A stretch of DNA of 60,613 nt, counting the filler, from Platydemus manokwari (Eukaryota): NCBI GenBank assembly GCA_037951405.1. It is 5 parts of 5 records of this genome, joined end to end, with 100 filler letters (N's around TTAATTAATTAA, not from the genome) between each part and the next. Parts side by side here need not be neighbours in the genome. Positions count along the whole stretch, not along the records: positions 23,921 to 35,062 come from JBBMOY010881088.1; positions 35,163 to 46,944 come from JBBMOY010466666.1; 3 more parts are not named here. One strand, written 5' to 3'. The position numbers and the translations under genes were made by a program. The notes beneath the pieces are model-generated. The model worked only from the letters and a program-made list of their open reading frames with translations. It made no database searches and was not told the DNA's origin. Below, piece by piece: positions 28,801-41,420 of this stretch (position 1 is its first letter; every line of letters begins with the position of its first letter).

Positions 28801-30699
28801 TAAAAAACTATAAGAAATTTGAAATTTTAAAGGTTAAATTATTAGTATATTTAAATTGTAAACAATTATAAAAACAACTGACATAATATTAATACCTTGA
28901 AAAATTAAAATAATTTATTAATTAAATAATTTTAAAAAAAAATTTATTAAAAAAAATTTATTAAGCAAATAAATAAATTGTACAACTATTATAGAACTAT
29001 TATAGAATGAAAATAAGTACAATTTTTAAAAGATAACATGCACCAGATTTGATAAAATGTTTCATTCAATTATTGAGTTTTAACGGGTGAGAAGAGCCTT
29101 GAATTCAAATTTTATCATTTTAAAGTTTCAAATAAACCAAAAAATTATTATGAAAGGTTCAATTCGGATTATCTAAATTATTAATATGTTGATGCCTGTT
29201 GCTCTACGCGAAACACCCATTATGGAAATTATCATGTTTAAGTATGTATTAGTTTATATAATATTTTTATCTTCCGTCATCGCGTTTTAAAAGATTTATA
29301 ACGGAAGTTCTTTATTGGGACTTTTTAAGTTGATAAACTTTACATTTAAATCCAATATAACCTTTAGTAATTAATTGCTTATAATATGAACATTATAATT
29401 ATTTCCATTTAAGTATTTCTGACTGTAATACATAAAAGTAGTTGTATATAAAAACAAATAACAACTCTGTCAACTTAGAAAAAATATTTCATGAAATGAA
29501 ATGTAAAAAATTCAGTAAATATAAATTTATTTTAAATAACAAAAAGTTAAAATTAAATAAACAAAAATCACTGATAAAAGAACGATGTATTGATTAGACT
29601 CGCTGAAAGAATAGGACGCTATACAAATTTAAGTTTTTCGGTTAAGTTATCTATTCACAGAAGCATAAAATGCATTGCTTAACATTATACTGAACTCATT
29701 CAAACGTAAATTATTAAGTTTTTGTATCAAAGAATGATTTATTACAGAGTCACATTTCAATCTAAGCGATAACAATAGTAGTTATTTATTCAAAATTATA
29801 ATCAATTGCAGCATTTTTTATAAAATTATTTTAAAATCGGATAATATTTGTTAATATTCATTTTTATAATTAAATACTTAGGCATTTTGATATATTGTAT
29901 AAAGTATTTTCATACTATCTTTATTTAGTCTAATTTCATAAAAATCAAGATGATTTTCATTCTAAACTTGAGTCTACATTAAAGACCAAAGTAATATCTC
30001 TAACTCTGATAAAAGGAAAAATACTTAATAGAAAATCATAAATAGTGAGCGTTTTATACCAATAATAAAGCATTTTAGAATATTTTTATACTGAATTTTC
30101 AATTATCTGTAATTCCGGCAAAAGTTTCTAATTTCTCTTTTTGAAATTGGTTTTATCATTTATAAAATTTTAATATTCTTCTGAATAATCAGAATATTTT
30201 CATAATTCCGTACAATGACTTTAGAAATGATTCAATTTATTACATAATTAGTGAAATAATTGAGTGCCATGTTAATTATTTATTACAATTTCCCACGATA
30301 TCAATAATTTTCGAAATGGAAATTTTTTCTACTGAGTTATAAATTTATTTTATTTGCTGACATCTATGGAAACTTTGAAACATTTATTCGATCTGGTTTA
30401 TATTTCTAATCTTTGTAAATTCATAAAAAATGGACTTAAAACTACACTAAATATTATTGTATTTCAGCACTCTTCCAAATATAAATGGAACAAAACAGTA
30501 CTTTACAATTTTTCATATCTCCAGTCTAGTTAAGTTTCATCAATGTCTCGTATCAGAAAAAGATTTAGTGATAGAAAATGTATAGGTATCATAAAACCTA
30601 AAATAGATCTAAATTAACCAAACACAGAAGTATTATATTGGTTAAATATAAATTTATATTCTAAAATTATATCAAACAACTGAATATCAAAACAAACAG

Positions 30700-33600
30700 T
30701 CACTTAAATATCCCCATTAATGATCCATACCAACTCCTTAGGCATTCCATAGGAAATTGAATATCTACTTGACGTTTAGACTCGAAACCTTTAATTTCAA
30801 AGGTCAACTCGTACTGATAACCACTTTTAGATCTTCAGTTGAGGTCAGTACATGTTAACACTTTCTCCTCAACCTAGAATTATCGGTGTCTTCTTTTCAG
30901 TGATCCTTCGTGTGCGTTTTAATAGTGGCCATTCAAGAATTTTTGCGGACCATTTCAATTATTTGTAACAGTTCAAACTAGTTTCGCTCATTGCATATCT
31001 TGTTTAGCCGGTGTCTATTATATCTCTAACTGTACGAATGCCAATTTGTCTGGTTGGTGCGGTTAAGAAGAGCTAAACTCCTAATGAATGAAAAATATAG
31101 CACCATTTTTAAACTGTTTGCTCAATCTATAAAAATGCATTTTGACTTCCAGTAAAGATAAATCCAAGTATTAGGGATTGGCTCAAAAATGATCTTTTCA
31201 TCATGTCCAGACAAAGCAATAAATAAAACTTACAATTATAATAGTAAAGTATCTTTTGTTATTTTGAATGTTGTCCATGTGGAGAGTATCCATTAAGATT
31301 TAAACAAAACACAGTTTTTCAAAACTTTCTTCATAGTAACGAACATGTTATCCAATCGAAATTGCCTTGTGTATATGAGAGTATCTTCTTTCTTCCCAAA
31401 TGACAAAGCTCTTCATGTATAAACTTGACGAACTTTGAAGCAAAATGACTTTGGATTATCACAATAGTTCCACTCTTGTTGTTTATTATTAACATATCAT
31501 CTGTTGCTTTCAGATAACTTTAAAAAAATCTATGTCAAATTGTGATTGGCCTAAAAAAGCTTTAATAATCTTTTGAATTTTGCTGTTTTGCATCTGCTCT
31601 ACACAATTTTTCAATATGATATCTGGTTTATTCCAGATATGTACTAAGTATCCTGTTTTTGCTGTTTCAGGTTTGGAAAAATGATGTTTGTCTTAGAAAT
31701 AAGAATACTAAGCTTCGCCAATTCCAGATAATGTGTTCACTGTTGAGGTCGAGTACTAACTCTCCAGCACTGGCAAGCCAAAACAACAAGTATATAACAG
31801 AGCTATTCAGCAATGTTGCAAAATGAATGAGAAGACTTGAAACGAGGAAATCTTGAATCAGAATATCAGAAACATCCTAAGAATTCAATTAAAGTCGACA
31901 TGAGAACTTGTTCCACTCCATCGTGAAGAGTGTTATGTTTATGTATAATAAATTTTAATATTTTATTTTGCTTCTTCAAATCGGAATTCAAAGTAGTTGT
32001 CCGATAGATTGGTCATCCAAATTTGAAACTAATAACCTATTGGTTTTTGTTGAATTTAAGAACACTGAGGCTTTATGGGCTGTGACTTTTTTCTTTACAG
32101 ATATTGTTTAAATTGCATAACGATTTCTTGAACTATCGGAAACTCTTCCCATGTCACAAAAGAGCGACCACTGCATACGATCTATTTTATGTGAACAAGC
32201 TTAATACAGCATCAATTTTTTCAAAACTCGTGTTCAAATTCATAATAAATAAACTGCTTCCTCGAGGAGAATTCAGAATGGATGCTTCACACAAAGCTGT
32301 TTTCAATTTCATTAAACTTTCTTTGCATATCTCAGTCCATTATAAAGTGTATCATTTCCAGAAAGGAGACGCTGTCTTTGAGTAGTCATTGATAAATCTT
32401 CTTTAATAATGCTCAATAACGATTTTAACTTTGATTTGGTTTATAGTTTGTTAGTACTCGGGATTTGAGTAATTTCAATAGTGTCTGTTCTCACTTCGCC
32501 TAGGCTTATGATGTCATCAAGATTTTTGTTTCGTAGTTGAAGAAAAAACTTTTATCTGAATTTACCTTTAAAAACTTCTTTTAACATAGCTACATATTCT
32601 TTCCTTTTTTCAGTCTATATGTTATCGAGATATGGAATTTCCATTTTGAATAACCAATCATCCATTAGATGACGCATTAATTTTTTAAAAATTGTTGGTA
32701 CCGTAGCCAACCCGAACTGATGAAACAAATAGGGTCTATTTGTGTTTAAAGCTCTAATATTCTGTGAATCTAAGACAAGATCAACTTGGTAGTACTCTAA
32801 TTCGAGGACAATTGTTGAGAAAATTTTTCCATCAGTAAAACAATCAATATGCATGTGAATCGTTTTGGTAAATACATTTAGTTTACAAAAATCGCCATTT
32901 ATATGAAATGATCTGTCCGTTTTCCGAACAATAACGAACTACAAGTTCCACGGACTGTTGCATGTCCTTATCACTCCTATTTTCAACAAATCTGAAATTA
33001 ATTAGTCAATTTTTTCTTCAGATGTATCGACTGTCTTCTCGGATTTTGAGAAATTGGACTTCAGTCGTCTTTATCTCGTCGGACACGAAAGTCATTCTTA
33101 CCAAATCAAATTTCGACATCACTTCACTCATTTATCATTCTTCTTACCTTTGTCTAAATGAATCATTTGAAATACGTATTAAATTTTCCTTTTATATTCG
33201 GTAAATCGATTGTGTTGATCACTGTTAATCGAATCCCAAATGCATTAATCATATTTGTCTCAAATAAATGAATGACAAATTCATTTTTCATCGATGCTAA
33301 TGCTTTTTTCTTTGTTATTATAATTTCCACAATACATTTTCATTCAACCTCTTTTCATACACTTCCATTCAGCTGCATTCCGCTTCTTTCCAAATTATGG
33401 GTTTTGATTTTCTTCCAACATTTTTCATTCAAGATGCTAACGAAAGCACATGATTCTCATAACATCTCTATTCCGACATCACGCTCCATTCTCTTCTGTC
33501 ATTCCTCCACATAAATCAGATAACGTCTCTGTAAATTTTGATTATTATTATCATCAGTTAATTTTTATTCAACATCACTGATGAAATATTAACAAATTAA

Positions 33601-34436
33601 TCATCTATCGTGCCTTATCTGTTCACATTACCACATTTTTGGATTCCAATTTTGTCATACATACTCAATTGGCACTGACAACTAAAATAAACCCCTTTGT
33701 CACAATGTACTGGTCGCAATCTCTTTTATTTTGGGTCCAGTAAATTCATATCTTTCATTGTCTACTTTTCTGGAAATCTGGTTAATTGATCTAAAAGTGT
33801 GTTCTTGTCTTGGCATGGTTTCCCTTCCAATATTATTAGTTTTGAGTTTACGAATATTATCTAGTGTTCACGATTTCCTCCTCCTTTTCTTTTGAAAAGT
33901 TCCGTATGTTGAGAAACTCTCGTACTTCCAGAATTCCGCTAACCAAAATTTATTATTGTAATTTTGATTAAGTTGATTTTTGTATTCCATTTATATTTGC
34001 AACATCTGATATTTGATGACATACTTTTTACTGTTGTAGATCATGACAAAGAACTGAGTTCTGGACATTTCAATCTCTGGTTTGTTCAAAAGAACTTTTT
34101 TGAGACTTGTAATGAAAACCTGTTTGGTTGGGTTATTTGGTGATTAATTAATAATAAATCAATGATTTTCTATCGATAATTTACTATATTATTAGATGAG
34201 AAACCGTGGGTTAGAGATTGATATTTCCACCAATATCTGAAACTTCACAGCTTAATAGGTTGCGTGTAGATAATAAAAATAAATATCAATAACGATAAAA
34301 ATATGACACAATACTTTATTATAATAATAATTGACAAATGTGTTATGCAATAAATTTTAGAAAGAAGAAGCTGTCGTGCTCTGAAGAGATTTATCAGTAA
34401 TGAAAAACTGCTGGAGGGAACTAAGTGGCGCCCCAC
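30700..34436 (-). mobile_element. Decayed Ty3/gypsy LTR retrotransposon, internal region (gag-PR-RT-RH-IN order)
   Basis: Zinc-knuckle remnant near 33700 and protease remnant IEML*ESCAFVSIL near 33460. RT motifs IFSTIVLELEYYQV and FGLATVPTIFKKLM...PYLDNI lie at 32850-32615. RNase H- and integrase-like remnants continue to about 30750, with many stops and frameshifts. Confidence 0.8.
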
Positions 34437-34973
34437 TGAGGTATAAAAACCAAAGAAATATGATTTTAGAACTCACAAATTCAGTTACGATTTTGAGGTG
34501 TTAGTAGCTGACAACAAATCTCCTTTCGGAGAATGATATCAGGTGTTTGATTGTAAAAAATAAGTTTACTATTTGGAAATATTTCAAAGTGATTTATCGA
34601 ACGCTGAAGAATGATCCGGAAATACGTGGAATAATAATCGCTGAATACTGTAGTTGTCTTGAACTCGAATGATAATAGCTGAATACTGAAGTTGTCTAGA
34701 ACTTGGTTAATAACTACTGTGAGCTTAGTCGTTTTGTGGAGAAAATACTGAATTTTAGTTCAGTATTTGTAGAGATTTAGAATGTGGGCGTATGATTAAT
34801 TTTATATTTAATTTGTTGATTCCCTTGGCAATATCCACCGTTGTCATGGTAATTTTAATTTAAATTTGAATTTTTATGACTATGCTTGTGATTGCCACGG
34901 CAACGTGGATTAATAATCATCTTTTCAAAATTTTTATGGTTATTACTAATATAATTCCGCCCACTGGCCTACA
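34437..34973 (-). mobile_element. 5' LTR of the gypsy element (about 537 bp)
   Basis: On the minus strand it starts TGTAGG and ends CCTCA (TG...CA, imperfect inverted ends). It contains an internal tandem duplication (gctgaatactg.agttgtct.gaact) and is followed by a TGG-containing PBS-like sequence and then the gag region. Confidence 0.6.
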
Positions 34974-34988
34974 TTTTAATTAATGTGG

Positions 34989-34992
<4 letters not shown>

Positions 34993-35062
<70 letters not shown>
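34993..35062. repeat. (TTA)n microsatellite at contig end
   Basis: Direct reading. Confidence 0.9.
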
Positions 35063-35162
35063 NNNNNNNNNNNNNNNNNNNNNNNNNNNNNNNNNNNNNN
35101 NNNNNNTTAATTAATTAANNNNNNNNNNNNNNNNNNNNNNNNNNNNNNNNNNNNNNNNNNNN
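35063..35162. other. Assembly spacer N44-TTAATTAATTAA-N44
   Basis: Direct reading. Confidence 0.97.
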
Positions 35163-35164
35163 GT

Positions 35165-35440
35165 GTTTTGTGTGTTTCACTTTTAATTGATTGTTTTATT
35201 TATTGTATATTCATTGGATCCATCGATCATAAGATGTGGAGATTAGTCAATCCCTATGCGTGTCTCTTTGTGTAGTTATGTTTCTCGTAAAATTATAATT
35301 TTTCAATTTAAGTCATCTGTGATTCGCTGGTTGTCAAGCTTGTACGATTATGTAGGTGTGTCAATGCTTAAATTGCTAAAACAAGGGTTTCAAGGTACGA
35401 AATCGTTTTTCTTTGTCAGGATTTGGTCTTCACTCAACAG
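35165..35440 (-). repeat. Copy of unclassified dispersed repeat family A
   Basis: The reverse complement aligns by eye to 20690-20860. Confidence 0.55.
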
Positions 35441-35719
35441 TTTGTAAAATTTTGAATGAGAAATAATTATAATTTAATATATCAATTATTTGATTAAATA
35501 ATTATAAAATATATTTCTTGGGTTGAACTTGTTAAATCAAACTTCTTAATAATCTTTTATTTGACAGTGACAGCTAATAAGAATAAGCGTATTATTTAAA
35601 ATGATAACTCTAAAAAATGAGTAAATTGATTCATTTTTATCATTTTAAATTTTTTATTATTTTTTACATGAAAATATTTATATCTACTTTTAAATATTCA
35701 AATTATTATCTTTAAACAG

Positions 35720-36746
35720 CTACAAAGTCAGCCTGAACATTGAAAAAACAGAATCGATTGATTGTGATGAATCTTTATGTTGGTTTATCATTCAATTAAC
35801 ATTCCAACCCGCACTGATTAATCTGTAATAATATGAATAATCAATCATTAAAATTAATTCTTAAAATTGAAAATTCGCGTTACCATAGTGATTTAATATA
35901 TTGCTAAGGCGAAAGCATTAATAACGTTGAATCATTATAGAAAAATAATAAATCAACAGAAAATTAGTAATATTTCCCACAAAACAAACTCAGCCCAAAA
36001 TTAAAACTGCGCACAAAAATTCAGTCACCAATTCGATATTGGGATCAATTAAGCGAGCACAAAAAATTTCATAAACCCATTCAAATTGGGAGTCATTCAC
36101 CTACTCGTTCAAATAAAATCAAGAAACAGATATTGGGATCTCTTCACCCACTTCATCGGATAAAATCAATTGTTTTAAATCGAATTTCACTTCACCAATG
36201 CAGGCAATTCAAATTCTTCCAATGAGTTTGCATTCAGTTCTCTTATATCATGTTCATTCTTTAAATTATATGACGTTTTCGCTAAATATTATTTTTATCA
36301 CATTCTATTTTAATCTCCAAAGCTCAATGAGATTTGTAGAGTGTAAACATAAAACTCGCAAAGCCGACTTACTCTATTATTGTTATTGAATTATCATTAT
36401 TATACTTGCTTTATCATTATTATAATATCTTAAATATAACAAGCAACCTATTATTCTGATTGGGATCAGGTTATTTATGGAATCACCATTCTTCTGATTT
36501 TAATCAATATCAAAATTAAATTACAGATCCTTCAACGACTTTGCACTAATTGAATCATCTTCAATATTTCAACACCAAATACTACTTAGTAACCGGCTAC
36601 CAGGATTCTATTATAAAGAGAAATACCCAAATCGACCATATGCATTTTACGAGAAGCTCTATCGTTGCAGGTATACATTAAATCCACACCAAGCAATCAG
36701 CATTATATCAGATAATGATGACCCAAACAAAGTAAAAATGGAATGA
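35720..36746 (+). CDS. Probable 3' exons of an unidentified gene
   Basis: AG-preceded open segments YKVSLNIEKTESIDCDESLCWFIIQLTFQPALIN (about 35720-35824) and a terminal-looking exon SFNDFALIESS...RLPGFYYKEKYPNRPYAFYEKLYRCRYTLNPHQAISIISDNDDPNKVKME* (about 36527-36746). The middle exon phase is unresolved. Confidence 0.4.
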
Positions 36747-37804
36747 CAGTCATTATTTCAAAAAAAACAATTATAAAACACTTCACATTCCAAATACTCC
36801 AATCGACACCAGGAAATGCGCAAATCACCAATACAAATTCCTAATTTCAAATAATCACGAATCATATCATAAATAGATCTTTATGAAATGTACAGGTACA
36901 ATCAATTTATAAGTATGTGATTTTATTCTTATTGACCTTTCTTGCTTTAAATTATGTATTATTTTATTATCTTGGATTGGTTTAAAATTTAAAAAATTGA
37001 CATCAAGTTTTAGATATTTTTTATCAAATATTTCAGATATAGGAATTAAGGATTGCCAAATCATTACCTCAATAAATGGGGAAGACCCTATAAAATGTTT
37101 TATATGAAGGCAAAATGGATAAAGCGTTGAAATGTATTTTGAAAAATTGGTACATTTCTGAAAAAAAACAAAGAAAAGAATCATATTTATAAATAATAAT
37201 TATTCGGTTGATTCTAATATCCAATCAGCAGTTCTCTATATGTGATATTCGTGTATTTATAAAGTTAAATTTTATCAGTAAAACGTGTACATCAACTGAT
37301 GGGAAAGAGATTTAGTCTATTTTGATATTTTTAATTGTATTTCAACATCGTTCTATAAATATTTGTTTGTATCTGGTAAAGAATCATTTTCAAGTTCAGC
37401 AAGATAGTGTAAATGCTTGTCATATAAATCAAAGTACATTTGGCAGACTATAATAAGGGCTATATTTTTCAATAACTTACATTGTTAGCCGTGATAATAT
37501 GAATACTTTAATATCTTCCATAAATTTCTTATCAACAATTTAAAATTTCGTGAAAATTACTAATTGATCACATAATTCAAGCACGATAGTTTTTCAATTA
37601 TTTGGAGCTTAGGTAATTTTGATAGAATTATTAAAATTCTTAATTATTAATTAATTATTTAATTAATTACTAATGGATCACAATTTTCAACACGATAGCT
37701 TTTCATTGAGTTTGAACGTAAATAGTTTTAGTTGGCAAAATTTCTTCCTTTTTAATATTCAAATCAAAAGTCATGTTTACAGCACAACAAAAAATGGCGA
37801 AAGT

Positions 37805-38330
37805 TTAAAATAAGGGTCCTAAAATGAAATTTTAAATTCGTTGCGAGTATTCCAAAAATTTTAAAGTTCATTTAATTATATTCTTTAAAACATTTTCAAT
37901 TTTTTATTTAAGTACTTAAGAAGAATTTTATTTGTTTGAAATCAAATATTAAATACATTAGAGCTTCAAAATCTCTTAAAATTTGATTATTTGAAAAAAT
38001 AAAAAAAGTAGGTCGAATTTCAATTCATTGAAAATTAACGAGGATCCCTTTTTTAACATTAGCAGCAAATTGAGAGATAATCTCAGTTTTTACAATTATT
38101 TTATAAAAATAAGCAATGATATCATTAAACATGCCTGGATTTAACTAACTCAAATAATCACATAGAAGTGTTGTGATTAGAATGGGAACTTGGTTTTAAA
38201 ACTATGTTTTGTTACTAACATTTTAAAAATTACTAACATACGAAAAAATCAAACATAGCAGTTATATATAAAATTAAGTTATAAAATGATCTCTTGCGCA
38301 AAAATTCATTATAACGAAAGTAGGTCAAAG
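37805..38330 (+). mobile_element. Eroded second copy of the MITE at 56727-57328
   Basis: Collinear similarity over about 520 bp (e.g. ttatttaagtacttaagaagaattt, aaaaagtaggtcgaat, agcaaattgagagata, aaattcattataacgaaagtaggt). Confidence 0.85.
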
Positions 38331-39099
38331 CCCAAAAATTCTATTTGTCAACGCATCAATTTTCAAATAAACTTCAAATATTAAATTTGAAATTTATTTC
38401 CATCTGATTTTACTTCATTTTTGGATTTAAATAAAAATACCCACATTCTTAAATTATAAAGAGATTTAAATTTACTTTTATTAATTTAAATAATTTTAAA
38501 ACTGAGAGCTTAATAGTATATTTTGGCAAGGTCTTTTAATAAATATATATACGGTATATTTATTTTTAATATAATTTTTTAAAAATATGTTTTAATTCAA
38601 ATTTTTATAATTGTAATATTATGTAAATTTTAATTATTTATCGTATTTTTAAATACACCTCACAGATAGTTTTAAAACAATTATTAATATTCTTAATTAT
38701 AAATTATTGATTTAATTAATTAATTAATTTACAAAAATATTTACATTATGTTTTTATCTTATATAAAAAATTTAAATAGGAAATAGATTTCGACATTTTT
38801 ATTCTGTAAAATCTAAATGCACTAATGAAGTCTCAATAAGAATAAAAACTATTTTTTATTAATTTCTTTACTGAAAAACCCTCTGATAAATCTATTCATT
38901 CCTTTATTGACCAAATGAGAATCGATAAGCGATCATTGAGAATGTAATTTATGCCCCTCAAAAGCTCAAAAAAGTGAAAGTTATGAAAGAATAAGCTATA
39001 TGTGGATTTCCTATGCTCAAAACCTAATATTATGACGAATAGTTAATGTTTATTGAGAGAATACATAATTAAACATGAAAATAAATAGGGAGCGAATAT

Positions 39100-39886
39100 T
39101 TACTGGCTATTCGGATAATATTGATCATTAAAATAACCATAAAATGAACCATTGGGCATGGGAGCAGGTTGTCCATTATTAATGAAATATTCAAATCTTT
39201 CTTTGAGATTTTCATATTCTGTAAGTAAATATTTTATTGCATTTTCTGCATTCTCCAATCGTACTATATAATCTCTAATTGATTGGTTCTTTTTATCTCT
39301 ACATTTCTTGGCGGCTTCATTGTTTTTCGCTCGTTTGGTGAGGTATTTTTCATCTTTTATGATTTCGTTTTTTCTTGGATATGGTTGTCGATATTCGTGA
39401 TTGGTGTGGCTTATTGTTATAATTTGTCTGTTATTTTTCCTGTCATTTCCATTGATTATCATAGGTCTTGTTGATACATGACCACTCATTTGTCTCGTAT
39501 CGTTTCTTATTTCTTCCCCATATCCATATGTTGGCAATTCTAGTTCGTTAACCATATTGATATCGTGTTGTGTTTGATGATTCTGATAATTGTACACAAC
39601 CGTTTCTCTGTTAAAATCATAATTTTCATCTTCCAAAATATCGATTATCTCATCACGATCTTCATCTTCTGTTCCATTTGAATAGGTCGTCGAGTTCCTG
39701 ATATGTTTTGATTCCATGATCACTGTTCGATTTTTTGGAATTATTATTGGAGATCTTTTTTGAAATCCAATTGTTCGTTTTTCGGAAATAGTGGGTTCTA
39801 TTCTAGATATATTTAAATTAGCTACAGTCACTATGAAAAAAAAGATATATATAAAGAAGTCAACTCAAACATGTTTACAACATACT
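39100..39886 (-). CDS. bZIP transcription factor, PAR/CES-2/giant-like (paralog 1)
   Basis: Basic region KDEKYLTKRAKNNEAAKKCRDKK followed by a zipper (IVRLENAENAIKYLLTEYENLKE). The main exon is 39830-39100. Intron 39885-39831 (GTATG...CATAG) creates the start codon A|TG. Confidence 0.88.
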
Positions 39887-40299
39887 TGATAAATTATTTA
39901 GTCTGGATTATATAATTATATTTTCGAAAATAAACAAACGAAATTTCATTTGATTATTTTAGTAAAAAATACGGAAAGAATTTTCTTTCTGTCATCAATT
40001 TTCTCCTATGTTTCCTTTACTTTGAAATTTATAACTTTAATAGAAGACAATAAATTGACATATTTTTTGGGATTTTAACTCTTTTAGGTTCGAATTGCGA
40101 AGTTTCATCAATTTAGCATTAATGGTAAAAGTTTTGGTTTGTACAGAGTCTATGAGAAGCTTACGAAATTTAGATTCCTATATGCTATGCAACCAATACC
40201 GATATTGACCGATATTCAATTTCTATGACGGCAAGAATCAAAATATGCCTTCAATATAAAGGATAATACACAAGTACCAAATTTTCTAATAAAAAAATC

Positions 40300-41420
40300 C
40301 ACATCCAAACTCTGAAAATTTCCCAAATAAGGAACACAATTTGGAACAAGGGCACATCCGGATTTCTGTTAACATTAATTCCTCCTTTTTAAATTAAGTT
40401 CTAAACACTATTAACTATTATGGATACGAAAATCGCAAAATTCATGCTATATTTAATAAAGGCATCAGTTGCATTGAGATTTTTCAAACCGCTAGAAACA
40501 TCCTGAGGTATAAATACAAAAATTATACGGTGACTCTAGTATTCTTGATATGATTTTATAGAAAATCTAAACAAACCTATTTAGGGGAGCATTATCATTT
40601 ACATCAGAAAATTTATAATATCAACTACTTTCAACAATGTGCTTCCAAATTCAGGCTATATTCTGACACATCTGTCATAAAAATTGATTGATTTGTTTTC
40701 AAAAAACGAGCCAAGTTTTTGACAGTCCAGTTATTTCGCAAAGAGCTGAACAATTAAGGATCCGATTGTCCTAGATTTGGAAAGTATAAATGAATCAGAA
40801 AATCCCATTTCAGCTCTCTTAGCTTCTCTCAAGTCGCCATTGCGTGTGGATCTAACGTTATGATGAAGTACGGCGAATTTCGATTGGCCAAAGTTGAAAA
40901 TCACTTAAAATTGCTGTTATCAGAGAATGTATCCAAATTAATTTTTCATTGGTCTATCTTTGTAGATCCACTATTCAGCCGTTATTACTTCCCGAGGTTG
41001 GTAATCACATTTTACCATGGCTTGACCGGATTAATTTTCTTGCCTCCAACTCTACTTGCGTTGAATTGTATCAAGTTTTTATCACCTGTAATCAATTGGA
41101 AATAGATTTTAAGTCAGTAGATTTGTTCTTACTAGTTCTTATTAAGGAACAACAAATCAACCATTGAGATGAAATCAATTTTCTTAATATGCCCACATGC
41201 TATTGATATATCTTGATTTAATCTTTGAGAAACATCACCAATCTTATCGAGGTAAACACAGCACAGTTACTTAACAAGAAAAAACCACTATATAACGATG
41301 TTCTAAGAAGCGTTGTCTTATAATACATCTTGAATGATTTGCGTAGCACTTGTTACACTCGAACCTTATCGGAAACCATGCAACATGACATGACGTAAAA
41401 GAAGATTGCCTACACTCATT
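40300..41420 (-). pseudogene. Decayed cadherin-repeat-like coding sequence
   Basis: Minus-strand fragments TSATQIIQDVL*DNAS, SRTIGSLIVQLFAK*LD, DVSEYSLNLEAH, SDVNDNAP and FIPQDVSSGLKNLNATDA resemble cadherin DxNDNxP, PE/PQD and AxDxD motifs. They are interrupted by stops and frameshifts. Confidence 0.5.
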
